A stretch of 64,000 nt of DNA from an uncultured Oscillospiraceae bacterium (GTDB taxonomy: Bacteria > Bacillota > Clostridia > Oscillospirales > Ruminococcaceae). Below, piece after piece: positions 19,210 to 28,775 of this stretch. The position numbers and the translations under genes were made by a program. The notes beneath the pieces are model-generated. The model was not told the DNA's origin. It worked only from the letters and a program-made list of their open reading frames with translations, and searched no databases. The first letter of the stretch is position 1, and every line of letters begins with the position of its first letter. The stretch lies in NCBI GenBank assembly GCA_964472465.1, contig CAYYLW010000002.1, positions 11,361-75,360 of the forward strand, written 5' to 3'.

Positions 19210-20577
19210 TTGGCGGAAAAAAGTGAGGCCCCGAGCGGGCTGATATTCACAAATGGAGACCTGTGGCGGCTGGTCGTTCCTCTTATTATAGAGCAGTTGT
19301 TGATGATGACGGTAGGCATGGCGGATATTGTGATGGTGACCTCTTTGGGGGAGGCGGCGGTATCTGCCGTTTCGCTTGTGGATAGCATCAACAGTTTGAT
19401 TGTCCAGGTTTTTTCGGCGCTTTCCACAGGAGGGGCTGTGGTGGTGGCACAATATCTTGGCCGCCGGGAGGCAGACAACGCGAAAAAGGCTTCCAAGCAA
19501 GTGTTGTACATTATGGCGGGGATTTCTGTGCTTCTTATGGCCATTGCCTTTGCGTTTAGGCAAGGGATTCTGGTTCTGTTGTTTGGGCAGGTGGAACAGG
19601 TTGTTATGCAAGACGCCCTGGTGTATTTTTTGTTGACGGCTGCCGCCTACCCTTTTATGGGTATATACAATGCGGGTGCAGCCTTATTTCGGGCGGCCGG
19701 CAACAGCAAAGTGTCTATGTTTTGTTCGTTTGTAGTGAATTTGGTGAATATCTCGGTGAATGCGGTGCTCATTTACCTGTTCCGAATGGGAACGGCAGGG
19801 GCGGGTATTGGTACGCTATTATCGCGTGTGGTTGCGGCCGTTATTGTAGTTGTATTGCTCAAGAGGCGCAACCATGTGCTTCATCTAGGAAAGATTCTTC
19901 GCGTTCGTTTTCACAAAGACATGGTGAAGCGCATCTTGATTATTGGTGTTCCCAATGGTTTGGAAAACGGGATGTTTCAAATAGGAAAACTTCTCACCCT
20001 GGGTTTGATTACCTCTTTTGGCACTGTGGCGGTGGCGGCGAATGCCATTGCGGGTAGCATCGCAAGTTTGGTGAATATACCCGGCATGGCAATAGGGCTG
20101 GCCAGCATCACGGTGGTGGGGCGTTGCATGGGTGCGGGTGCAATTGACCAAGCGGTTTTCTATACAAAGCGCTTGGTCAAGACCTGCTATCTTTTCATGG
20201 CGGTGTTCGGGTTCGGGCTATACGTTACCGCCAGTTTTTGGGTGGGGTTGTTTCATCTCAATGCAGAAACTGCCACCATGGCGGCAGAGGTACTACGTAT
20301 TTGTGCCGTTGGTACCATTTTCATTTGGCCGTTGGCCTTCACGCTGCCCAATTCCCTGCGTGCATCGGGGGACGCATTATATACCATGGTGGTATCCCAG
20401 TGCTCCATGTTTGCCTGCCGGGTTATTCTCAGCTATGTGTTTGCCTGTGCCTGGGGGCTAAATTTAAAGTTGAGAGGGGTGTGCCTGGCAATGATTGTTG
20501 ATTGGGCAGTGCGGGCAATTTTTTTCGAGGTACGTTTCCGCAGGGGAAAGTGGAAATCTCTTCGCCTGATAGGGTAA
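19210..20577 (+). CDS. MATE family efflux transporter
   Basis: 455 aa, 12-TM pattern, N-terminal DLWRLVVPLIIEQLL typical of MATE. TTG start follows a GGAGG SD. Confidence 0.85.
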   Translation: MAEKSEAPSGLIFTNGDLWRLVVPLIIEQLLMMTVGMADIVMVTSLGEAAVSAVSLVDSINSLIVQVFSALSTGGAVVVAQYLGRREADNAKKASKQVLYIMAGISVLLMAIAFAFRQGILVLLFGQVEQVVMQDALVYFLLTAAAYPFMGIYNAGAALFRAAGNSKVSMFCSFVVNLVNISVNAVLIYLFRMGTAGAGIGTLLSRVVAAVIVVVLLKRRNHVLHLGKILRVRFHKDMVKRILIIGVPNGLENGMFQIGKLLTLGLITSFGTVAVAANAIAGSIASLVNIPGMAIGLASITVVGRCMGAGAIDQAVFYTKRLVKTCYLFMAVFGFGLYVTASFWVGLFHLNAETATMAAEVLRICAVGTIFIWPLAFTLPNSLRASGDALYTMVVSQCSMFACRVILSYVFACAWGLNLKLRGVCLAMIVDWAVRAIFFEVRFRRGKWKSLRLIG

Positions 20578-20862
20578 TAGAGGAGAAAGCCTCCGGCAAT
20601 TTTAGTACGGCTGGATTGACTGCGAAGGGTGGCGCCTGTCATAGCGGGTGGCGGGGGCGCCTTTCTCTTCTGCAAAAGCCCATTTCTCGGCCACCCCCCG
20701 AATGTACAAAATCAACATCTTTGTCTCTCGTTGTGCCAAAATTTTATGAGGTCTATTGTATTTTGGTGGTTTTTGTATTAAAATGGGGCCAGAAGCTGGG
20801 TGAAGCGCTTTTGCAAATAAGGGCTGCTACCACCACAAATTGCCATAAGGAGCAAGCTTGCT

Positions 20863-21204
20863 TTGGAGGATGAAAAGAAGTATATCAAGCAAAATATTGC
20901 AAAAGAATATACACGTATCTGCCAAGAAATTTTTCGAGTGGGTGTGCAGCGTATTCGCATCAATGTCACCGCACAGTGTATCACTATTATGACCGAGCAA
21001 AACCAAAGCGCCTTCATTGAAACACTGGCAAGGGAGGATTACCCTGAGCTGGCGGCAGAGGTGGGGCATAAGATGGGGCGCATTTTTAAAAAGCGCTTGT
21101 TGGAGGCGTGCACACAACGGCTTGGAATTCCCGTTATGCGTATCTTTCGCGACTATGAGGAGGGTGTAACTTTCACCTATATTCAACTGGCTGAGGAATT
21201 GTAA
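20863..21204 (+). CDS. DUF2294-like small protein
   Basis: 113-aa ORF resembling DUF2294 (YbcI-like) proteins. TTG start. A candidate promoter TTGTAT-17-TAAAAT lies at 20756-20784. Confidence 0.45.
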   Translation: MEDEKKYIKQNIAKEYTRICQEIFRVGVQRIRINVTAQCITIMTEQNQSAFIETLAREDYPELAAEVGHKMGRIFKKRLLEACTQRLGIPVMRIFRDYEEGVTFTYIQLAEEL

Positions 21205-21340
21205 ATGGTGGAAAATTCTGTGTTATTGGCCATGGCGTAAAACAATAAAATTATATTGCAAAGTGTTTGGGAAGCTGCCCCATGGCAGTGCCCGGCATTA
21301 TGCGAAGCCCTGAAGGTATCGGAATAAATTTTGTTCAGGC

Positions 21341-21390
21341 ACCGCAGGCGGAAACCCCAAGAGGGGGGTCTCTGCCTGCGGTTTTCTTTT
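21341..21390 (+). terminator. leader-region intrinsic terminator (candidate attenuator) upstream of the ABC operon
   Basis: ACCGCAGGC (21341-21349) pairs with GCCTGCGGT (21374-21382), followed by TTTCTTTT. Located about 90 nt before the first permease gene. Confidence 0.5.
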
Positions 21391-21478
21391 GTGTTCATTT
21401 GTTCTGCACGGTTTTGATGCATAAGAGACAAACTTGCTTTGAGCAGCATAATTCAACGGCAGAAGAAGGAGGATGAAG

Positions 21479-22561
21479 ATGAAGGAACGAACACGAAAAG
21501 GAAAGGTGACACAAGGGCTACAGTCTCTTTTGTATCCGGTACTGGCGCTTATTTCGGCGCTAGCCATTGGCGCCGTGCTCATCAGCGCTATGGGCTTTGA
21601 TTGGGTGCTGGCTTACAAAAGCTTACTGGCGGGTAGTTTTGGCAATTACAAGGCCATCACAGAGTCACTTGTAAAAGCAACCCCCCTTATTTTTACCGGT
21701 ATTAGCTTCGCCATGGCCCAGCGCTGCGGGATGATCAACCTGGGGGCCGAAGGGCAGGTCTATATGGGTGGGTTATTTGGCAGTTTTGTGGCCCTTGGTT
21801 TGCAGGGTTTACCCCGTGCTATCCATCTGCCGCTTACCCTGGTGGCTGGTTTTGTGGGGGGCGGTTTGCTGGGTTTGCTCATCGGTTTCTTAAAGGTGCG
21901 CTTTGGAGCCAGTGAACTGATTGTGGGGATTATGTTCAACTATATAGCCATCAAGTTGGTGAGCTATATGGTAACCGGCCCTATGAAAGAGCCGCCCGGC
22001 ATCTATGATCAAACCGCTATGATGCCGGCCTCTGCCACCTTGCCGCGCATTTTGCCAGATACGCGCTTAACGGCGGCCTTCCTGCTGGCGGTGGCCAGCG
22101 TGTTGGTGTTCCACATTCTGTTTTGGAAAACCACCAAAGGGTATGAGATGCGCTGTGTGGGGCTGAGCGCCACGGTGGCAGAATATTCCGGCATACGCGT
22201 AAAACCCAACATGATGCTGGCGATGTCTCTATCTGGGGGTTTCGCGGGTTTGGGGGGCTGCTGCGATGTAATTGGCGTGCAGTTCAGGTTGCTGGCGGAC
22301 TTTTCGCCCCAGTACGGCTTCGACGGTATCGCCGTGGCTTTGTTGGGAGGTTGTACACCGCTGGGCGTACTATTGTCCGGTATTCTTCTAGGGGCTTTAA
22401 AAAGTGGTAGCAACACCATGAAAATGCTGGCGCAGGTACCGGTTGCCGCGGTGCAAATTATCCAGGCGCTCATTATTATTTTTGTTGTAGGACGTGAAAT
22501 TTATCACATCACCACCAAAAGGTCCAAACAGAAAATGATTCGTGAACAGAAGGGAGTTTAG
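21479..22561 (+). CDS. BMP-family (nucleoside/simple sugar) ABC transporter permease
   Basis: Multi-TM YufP/NupP-like protein. ATG at 21479 lies 6 nt after GGAGG. Confidence 0.85.
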   Translation: MKERTRKGKVTQGLQSLLYPVLALISALAIGAVLISAMGFDWVLAYKSLLAGSFGNYKAITESLVKATPLIFTGISFAMAQRCGMINLGAEGQVYMGGLFGSFVALGLQGLPRAIHLPLTLVAGFVGGGLLGLLIGFLKVRFGASELIVGIMFNYIAIKLVSYMVTGPMKEPPGIYDQTAMMPASATLPRILPDTRLTAAFLLAVASVLVFHILFWKTTKGYEMRCVGLSATVAEYSGIRVKPNMMLAMSLSGGFAGLGGCCDVIGVQFRLLADFSPQYGFDGIAVALLGGCTPLGVLLSGILLGALKSGSNTMKMLAQVPVAAVQIIQALIIIFVVGREIYHITTKRSKQKMIREQKGV

Positions 22562-22565
22562 CGGA

Positions 22566-23486
22566 ATGCAAACGGAAATTGCCGATTTTATCTCCATGAT
22601 GTTGCGCTGTGCTATGCCCATTATGATTTGTGGGCTGGGGCTGGTGTTTAGTGCTAAAGCGGGTACTGTCAATATTGGCGCAGAGGGCATGATGCTGACG
22701 GGGTCTTTGATGGCAGTGGTGGGTACCCATCTGTTTGGAAACGCGGTAATGGGTATTGTGGTTGCTATGCTTAGTTCCATGTTGCTCTCTTTGATTTTTG
22801 CTTTTTTTACCGTGACCATCCGGGCCGACCAGACCGTGATGGGCATGTCCATCAATATTTTGGCGCTGGGGTTTACCACCATGCTCTACCGGGTGCTGTT
22901 TGGCATGAACACCACCCCGGTGGAGATAACCGGGTTACAGACTGTGGCCCTGCCGGGCCTGTCGGCATTGCCGGTGCTAGGCCCCTCGCTGTTTAGCCAA
23001 AACTGGATTGTCTATATCAGCTTTTTATTAGTGCCCCTAACGCATGTGTTTCTTTACCGTACCCGAACAGGCCTTAGCATACGCGCCGTGGGGGAATACC
23101 CCCGCGCTTGCGACACCATGGGAATCAATGTGTACCAAGTGCGCTATGGCACCATTTTATTCAGCGGGCTGATGTCTGGGCTGGCCGGGGCCTACCTGTC
23201 CCTGGGGCTTTTGAGTTTTTTTGTGGAGGACTTGACCGCAGGACGGGGCTTTATGGCTGTGGCAGCCGTGGTGTTTGGAAAGTACAGCCCGGTGGGCGTG
23301 ATGCTGGCTGCGCTTGTATTCGGTGCGGGGGATGCTTTGCAATACCGCCTGCAAGTAGCGGGTTCAGGAATTCCGTATCAGTTCTTGCTGATGATTCCGT
23401 ACGTGCTTACCGTGGTTGCCGTGTGTGGGTTTACGGGGAAAAACAAAGGCCCCAGCGCAATGGGCCGCCCCTATGTGAAGGAGTGA
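22566..23486 (+). CDS. BMP-family ABC transporter permease
   Basis: Multi-TM YufQ/NupQ-like protein. Confidence 0.85.
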   Translation: MQTEIADFISMMLRCAMPIMICGLGLVFSAKAGTVNIGAEGMMLTGSLMAVVGTHLFGNAVMGIVVAMLSSMLLSLIFAFFTVTIRADQTVMGMSINILALGFTTMLYRVLFGMNTTPVEITGLQTVALPGLSALPVLGPSLFSQNWIVYISFLLVPLTHVFLYRTRTGLSIRAVGEYPRACDTMGINVYQVRYGTILFSGLMSGLAGAYLSLGLLSFFVEDLTAGRGFMAVAAVVFGKYSPVGVMLAALVFGAGDALQYRLQVAGSGIPYQFLLMIPYVLTVVAVCGFTGKNKGPSAMGRPYVKE

Positions 23487-23496
23487 GGTGGCAGGG

Positions 23497-25026
23497 ATGG
23501 CATATTTGGAAATGAAAGAGATTACCAAAATATTCCCCGGTGTCTTGGCCAACGATAGGGTGAGCCTGGCGGTGGACAGGGGCGAGATTCATGCCTTGCT
23601 GGGGGAAAATGGGGCGGGAAAATCCACCCTAATGAATATTTTGTACGGTATGTACCAGCAGGATGAAGGGGAAATTTTACTGGATGGCAAGGCCGTACAG
23701 ATGAAAAGCCCGCGGGATGCAACGCGCCTGGGCATAGGGATGGTGCACCAGCATTTCATGCTGATTCCGGCGCTTACCGTAATTGAAAATGTGGTGCTGG
23801 GCTTAAAAGACGGTAAGGGCCTTATGAACTTGAGGGCCTCGGCGGAAAAGGTTCAGCGCCAGGCCGCCAAGTTCAACATGCGCATAGACCCCTTTACAGA
23901 GGTTTGGAAATTAAGCGTGGGTGAGCAGCAACGTTTGGAGATTATTAAAGCCCTGTACCGCGGGGCAAAGTTGCTGGTATTGGACGAGCCTACCGCCGTG
24001 CTTACACCAAAGGAGGTAGAGGATTTATTTACCATGGTACGGCAGTTGGCAAACGAGGGCTACGCCATCATCTTTATTACGCATAAGCTGGCAGAGGTGA
24101 TGGAAATTTGTGACCGCTGTACGGTGCTGCGGCAGGGTAAGCTAGAGGCTACTGTATGTGTGAAGGACATCGAAAACCGCGAGGAACTGGCCACCTTGAT
24201 GGTGGGGCACCATGTGGATTTAGTAAGCGAAAAATTGGCGGCCCATGTGGGTAAAACCATGCTGAATGTGCAGGGGCTTTGCAGCAAGAACGACAAAGGC
24301 TTGCCCGCACTGAAAGGGGTGGATTTGGAAATACGCGCAAGGGAAATTGTGGGTGTGGCCGGCGTGGACGGAAATGGACAAAGTGAACTGGTGGAATGCC
24401 TAACAGGGCTACGGAAGATAGAAGAAGGAAAGGTGGAGATAGACGGGGTAGATAGCACCAAGCTGGATACCCGGAAGGTTTTGCAATTGGGGGTTTCCCA
24501 CATTCCGGAGGACCGGCATAAGCGTGGAATGTTTAAAGATATGTCGGTAAAAGAAAATCTCATTTTGGTAAGCTACCATCAGCCACCTTATTCCAAAGCG
24601 GGGTTTATCAACTGGAAATGGGTGGCGCGCCACAGCCAGGAATTGTGTGCCGAGTATCAGGTGAAAACCCCTTCTATCGAAGAAAAGGCGGGCAAACTGT
24701 CTGGCGGGAACCAGCAGAAATTTGTGGTGGGGCGTGAGATAGAGCGCCACCCGAAACTGCTGATTGCCATGCACCCTAGCCGCGGCTTAGATATCGGCGC
24801 CACCAAGTATATCCATTCCCGGCTGTTGCAGGGCAGGGAAGAGGGGATGGCTATTCTGCTGGTTTCCACAGAATTGGATGAGGTATTAGAAATGAGTGAC
24901 AGGATCATCGTGATGTATGAAGGGAGGGTAATTGGCCAGATACATGACCCTAAAACAATCACAAGAGAAAAAATTGGCCTTTTGATGGCCGGGCATTCGG
25001 AACCAGTACAGCAAAATGCCGAATAA
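23497..25026 (+). CDS. ABC transporter ATP-binding protein (tandem ATPase domains)
   Basis: Walker A GENGAGKST, two ABC domains, signature LSGGNQQK. Confidence 0.9.
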   Translation: MAYLEMKEITKIFPGVLANDRVSLAVDRGEIHALLGENGAGKSTLMNILYGMYQQDEGEILLDGKAVQMKSPRDATRLGIGMVHQHFMLIPALTVIENVVLGLKDGKGLMNLRASAEKVQRQAAKFNMRIDPFTEVWKLSVGEQQRLEIIKALYRGAKLLVLDEPTAVLTPKEVEDLFTMVRQLANEGYAIIFITHKLAEVMEICDRCTVLRQGKLEATVCVKDIENREELATLMVGHHVDLVSEKLAAHVGKTMLNVQGLCSKNDKGLPALKGVDLEIRAREIVGVAGVDGNGQSELVECLTGLRKIEEGKVEIDGVDSTKLDTRKVLQLGVSHIPEDRHKRGMFKDMSVKENLILVSYHQPPYSKAGFINWKWVARHSQELCAEYQVKTPSIEEKAGKLSGGNQQKFVVGREIERHPKLLIAMHPSRGLDIGATKYIHSRLLQGREEGMAILLVSTELDEVLEMSDRIIVMYEGRVIGQIHDPKTITREKIGLLMAGHSEPVQQNAE

Positions 25027-25189
25027 TGGGATTGTTTTTTGGTGGATTTACGAGGGCTTAGGCTCTTGCATTTTACTACGGCGTATGGTATACCATAAAA
25101 TAAGAAGTGGCGGTTGCACGTTCTCCTATTGAGGCAGTGCAATGCCCCTTATCACATCTGAAGGCTGAAAGATTCAAATTTGGATTTTT

Positions 25190-25237
25190 AGCTGCAGGTG
25201 AATCCGCATAATGCGGGTTTATCCTGCAGCTTTTTTG
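25190..25237 (+). terminator. intrinsic terminator inside the ATPase-SBP intergenic leader
   Basis: AGCTGCAGG (25190-25198) pairs with CCTGCAGCT (25223-25231), followed by TTTTTT. Confidence 0.55.
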
Positions 25238-25298
25238 TTGGGTAAAATGCCTGGGTAGGCAGAGCCGGGTATAAAAATAAAAAAGTAGGAGGTTCAAA

Positions 25299-26381
25299 AT
25301 GGGCAGAAAGAAATGGAAAGTATTGGCATTGCTGGTGGTGGTGATGATGCTGTTTACCGCATGTGGGGCTGGGGCAAGTTACACATCTACGGCAAATTCT
25401 GGGAATGGAGCCACTTCGTCGGCGGCGTCTGTGGCCTCCAGCGCCCCGGCTTCTGCTGCTGCCAGTGGCGAAAAAATGGACGCGAACGGTGCAAAGGTGG
25501 CACTGCTTACCTTAGGGGCGATTAACGACGGCGGCTGGAATGCCACGGTATACGAGGGCCTACAGGCCATGGAAGAATATGGCTTTGCCACCACGCTGGC
25601 AGAAAAAATTAACTTTGCCGAAATGGAGCAGGTTATCCGCACCTATGCGGACAACGACTACCAGATTATTGTGGGGCACGCACATAATTTTATGGATATT
25701 TTTACCCGCATCGCGCCAGAGTATCCAGACACTTTGTTCGTGTGTACCAACTCCCAAACCTCGCAAGACCCCAATGTAAGCAGTGTTACGGCCGATGACC
25801 TGGTACAGGGCTTTTTGGCTGGTTGCGCTGCGGGGCTGCTTACCGAAAGTAACAAAGTTGCCTACGTGTACGGCCAGGAATCTCCGGCGAATAACCTTTC
25901 TGCGCAGGGGTTTGAGCTAGGGGTGAAGCATGTGAACGAAGACGGCCAGCCAGAAATTGTGATTACCGGCAGCAATGCAGACCCGGTGCGTATGAAAGAG
26001 GCCACCACCACATTTATAAAAGAAGGTGGCGATGTGGTGTTTACCAGCGGAAATGCGGTGGGCCTTGGCACCATTGAGGCCTGCAAGGAAGCCGGTGTGA
26101 TGGTGGTGGGTAGCACCACAGACCAAAACCCTGTAGCACCCGAGGTGGTAGCCATTAGCGTGCTGAAGGACTACACTGCCGTGATGAAACATGTGGCGGA
26201 ATTGTACCTGGCGGGTGAGTTAAAAGGGTTTATAAATATGGGCATCAATGAGGGGGCCGTGTATTATAGCCCTTGGCATGAGTTTGAAGATACGGTGCCA
26301 GAAGAGGTAAAATCACAACTTGAGCAAATTCAAAAAGATGTAGCCAGCGGAACCATTGATGTGGCGGCCTTGGCAGCCTAA
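25299..26381 (+). CDS. BMP family ABC transporter substrate-binding lipoprotein
   Basis: Lipobox LFTACG, Ser/Ala linker, Bmp/PnrA/Med-like domain. SD AGGAGG upstream. Confidence 0.85.
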   Translation: MGRKKWKVLALLVVVMMLFTACGAGASYTSTANSGNGATSSAASVASSAPASAAASGEKMDANGAKVALLTLGAINDGGWNATVYEGLQAMEEYGFATTLAEKINFAEMEQVIRTYADNDYQIIVGHAHNFMDIFTRIAPEYPDTLFVCTNSQTSQDPNVSSVTADDLVQGFLAGCAAGLLTESNKVAYVYGQESPANNLSAQGFELGVKHVNEDGQPEIVITGSNADPVRMKEATTTFIKEGGDVVFTSGNAVGLGTIEACKEAGVMVVGSTTDQNPVAPEVVAISVLKDYTAVMKHVAELYLAGELKGFINMGINEGAVYYSPWHEFEDTVPEEVKSQLEQIQKDVASGTIDVAALAA

Positions 26382-26506
26382 CAAAAGCCAGATAGATTAG
26401 ACAAAGCAGCCTCTGGTAACCAGGCCGGAAGGCTTGAGGAAATGTTGTTGTTTTTGGTAGATAATGAAAAAATATTACGATAAAAAGAAAAATGAATAGG
26501 AGCTGA

Positions 26507-28246
26507 ATGAGCATGGAAAACCTGAGAAACACCCCGGAATTTGCAACCTTGAGAGCCAGATTTGACGCCATTTTAGGAAAGGGCCCCGCTGATTTGCTGA
26601 TTAAAAACATCCGCATTGTGGATGTTTACAGTGAGCGTGTAACCGAGGGTTCCATTCTGATAAAGGATGGCATTATCATGGCGCTGAACCCGCCAGAGGA
26701 TGAGGTGCGACCAAACGAAGTGCTGGATGGGCAGGGGCTGTATGTGGCCCCCGGCCTGGTGGATGCGCACTGTCACATCGATAGCCACCTGGTGACACCG
26801 GCAGCATTTTCGGAGTGCATTACCCCAAACGGTACCACCACACTTTTCTGCGAGATAGAGGATATTGTGGGAAGCGCCAAAAAAGAGGGCGTAAAGTGTG
26901 TGGAGGTGCTGTTTAAAGATTTGGAAAAGCTCCCCTATCGCATCTATCTGCAAGCGCCTGGCAAGAAGGTAAAATGGGATATTTGTCGCCAAATTTTGGA
27001 TATGGACATCACTGTGAACCAGGGTGAGTTCCCAGAACTGGACTATTTGGAAGCCAAGGATGAGGTGCTGGAGCAAATTCTTTATGCCAAGAAGATTGGC
27101 AAACCGATCCATAGCCATATTAAGTACCTGTATGAGAGCACCTATCCCGTGAATATGTTTGCCATGGTAAATACGTACAACACCCATAATATTTGGGATT
27201 ACAAGAGTTTGCAGGCAGCCATACAACTGGGCATACCTTCCATGCTGCGCGAGGGTGTGGGTGGGGTACTAAGCTGTATGGATGCCGCAGTGCCTGGGAT
27301 GATCAACGACCACCTACCCACAGATAACATCATGTTCTGCACGGATAACCTTACCGTAGACACCATATTTAAGCAGGGACATTTGAACCACAACCTAAAC
27401 CGTGCCATCAGCATGGGTATTTCTCCCATTCAGGCCCTCAAGATGGGTACGCTGAATGCGGCCCGCGCTTTCCACATGGAGCAGTATATTGGTTCTGTTG
27501 CCCCTGGCCGCTTTGCAGACCTCATCTTCCTAAAAGATTTGCAGACCATTGAGCCTGTGATGGTGATGAAGGGGGGCAAAATGGTGGCGAAGGAAGGCCG
27601 CTTGCTGGAGCTGCCCAAAATAGATTACTCCGATATCATCAGCAAGGCAAAACCAGGCCTGGCCAGCCTGAAGAAAGAAGATTTGGAAATCACTCCGCTG
27701 GAAATTTCCTCCGATGGTACCAAGGCAAAGGTGGTGTGCCTGTATATGGGCATGCCCGCTTACATGGAGCCCTACTGGATGGACTACAAAGATGGTCAAG
27801 TGGTCATTCCAAAAGGGATGAACCGCATGAGCATCATCCAGCGTTACCCAAAGGGCGAGAGAAAGATTACCAATGGCCTGGTGAGCCAGTATGAGCTGGA
27901 GCGTGGTGCCTTGGCATTCAATTACTCTTCCTTGGATCAACAGATTTGTGTGGTAGGTACCAAGGTAGAGGATATGTACGAGGCCGCCCTGGCCATGGAC
28001 AATTACCCCGGCGGCTACATCTCCTGGTTAAACGGGAAGGTAACCTCGGAAATGCCTGCCGAGATTTACAGCATGATTACCACCATGAGCGCCAGCGAGT
28101 TCAACGAATGTGCCAAACGCCTGAAAAAAGCGGGCGAGGAACTGGGCTACTTTGAGGAAAAGGCAATTTCCCCCTGGCAATTCCGTATGCAAATCATGTC
28201 CTGGATGTTTGACCGCCGCCGCTATGTGGGGATGGAGGAAGACTAA
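26507..28246 (+). CDS. adenine deaminase-like amidohydrolase
   Basis: 579 aa. N-terminal DLLIKNIRIVDV...GLVDAHCHIDSHL (HxH metal motif) and a length typical of the Ade family. Confidence 0.7.
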   Translation: MSMENLRNTPEFATLRARFDAILGKGPADLLIKNIRIVDVYSERVTEGSILIKDGIIMALNPPEDEVRPNEVLDGQGLYVAPGLVDAHCHIDSHLVTPAAFSECITPNGTTTLFCEIEDIVGSAKKEGVKCVEVLFKDLEKLPYRIYLQAPGKKVKWDICRQILDMDITVNQGEFPELDYLEAKDEVLEQILYAKKIGKPIHSHIKYLYESTYPVNMFAMVNTYNTHNIWDYKSLQAAIQLGIPSMLREGVGGVLSCMDAAVPGMINDHLPTDNIMFCTDNLTVDTIFKQGHLNHNLNRAISMGISPIQALKMGTLNAARAFHMEQYIGSVAPGRFADLIFLKDLQTIEPVMVMKGGKMVAKEGRLLELPKIDYSDIISKAKPGLASLKKEDLEITPLEISSDGTKAKVVCLYMGMPAYMEPYWMDYKDGQVVIPKGMNRMSIIQRYPKGERKITNGLVSQYELERGALAFNYSSLDQQICVVGTKVEDMYEAALAMDNYPGGYISWLNGKVTSEMPAEIYSMITTMSASEFNECAKRLKKAGEELGYFEEKAISPWQFRMQIMSWMFDRRRYVGMEED

Positions 28247-28266
28247 TACTGCGTTTGGCTAAAGAC

Positions 28267-28300
28267 GAAAGGGAGGGGCCAGTTTTGGCGCCTCCCTTTC
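28267..28300. terminator. bidirectional hairpin terminator
   Basis: GAAAGGGAGG (28267-28276) pairs with CCTCCCTTTC (28291-28300). Lies between convergent genes. Confidence 0.5.
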
Positions 28301-28331
28301 ACCATAAGTGCCCCCATTTGTTCGCCATGTG

Positions 28332-28496
28332 CTAACAAAGAAGCTTGAGCGATGGGTAAAAAAGACCTTCTCTGATATATAGGGTGAGGTTTGCCAACCG
28401 CACAAAGAAAACAGAGATGGGCAAGCTAAGTAGAAAAAAACCCACACCCACGCCGGCCAGCTTTGCCACGTCCATCAGCCGCACAGTTTTACTCAT
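28332..28496 (-). CDS. 54-aa predicted small membrane protein with a LacI-like N-terminal 16 residues
   Basis: Hand translation gives MSKTVRLMDVAKLAGVGVGFFLLSLPISVFFVRLANLTLYIREGLFYPSLKLLC. Preceded by GAGGAG, 7 nt, ATG and a near-consensus promoter. Below the ORF-track length cutoff. Confidence 0.4.
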   Translation of the reverse strand: MSKTVRLMDVAKLAGVGVGFFLLSLPISVFFVRLANLTLYIREGLFYPSLKLLC

Positions 28497-28532
28497 AGAT
28501 TCGCTCCTCATACCAGGCGTCTTCTGTCCCCT

Positions 28533-28560
28533 ATTGTAGCAAATTTTGGGGGGCTGTCAA
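28533..28560 (-). promoter_or_regulatory. near-consensus sigma-A promoter
   Basis: On the minus strand: TTGACA (28560-28555), 16-nt spacer, TACAAT (28538-28533). Confidence 0.6.
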
Positions 28561-28653
28561 ATTAAGGCGCGGGAGGGGCAGGCCACAATAGGTTGCCGGT
28601 GGCGCAAAGCGATAGGCATAACGATAGGGGCGCCCAATTGGCAAGAGGTGGAT

Positions 28654-28698
28654 AAAAAAATCCCCCGGGCAGGTTATTCCTACAACCCGTCCGGGGGA
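28654..28698 (-). terminator. intrinsic terminator after the sORF tandem
   Basis: Minus-strand stem TCCCCCGGACGGGTT...AACCTGCCCGGGGGA followed by TTTTTTT. Confidence 0.65.
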
Positions 28699-28721
28699 TT
28701 TGAAAAGATAGTTGTGTGTGT

Positions 28722-28775
28722 TTACCACCATATGTTCTGGAGGATGCCGGAGAGGAAAAAAATCATTGCGTTCAT
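28722..28775 (-). CDS. 17-codon sORF A: MNAMIFFLSGILQNIWW
   Basis: AAAGGAGG, 8 nt, ATG, 17 codons, TAA. Duplicated 147 bp upstream. Not in the ORF track because it is under 60 aa. Confidence 0.45.
   Translation of the reverse strand: MNAMIFFLSGILQNIWW

Noticed and set aside
21230-21400. Purine (guanine/adenine) riboswitch upstream of the nucleoside-type ABC operon
   Set aside because: The conserved junction and loop sequences of the purine aptamer are not present by eye. The region is reported only as an unclassified leader.
26507-28246. Adenine deaminase-like gene as something unusual
   Set aside because: The length, HxH motif and placement next to a nucleoside-type transporter are conventional for purine salvage. 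Nothing in the sequence suggests novelty.
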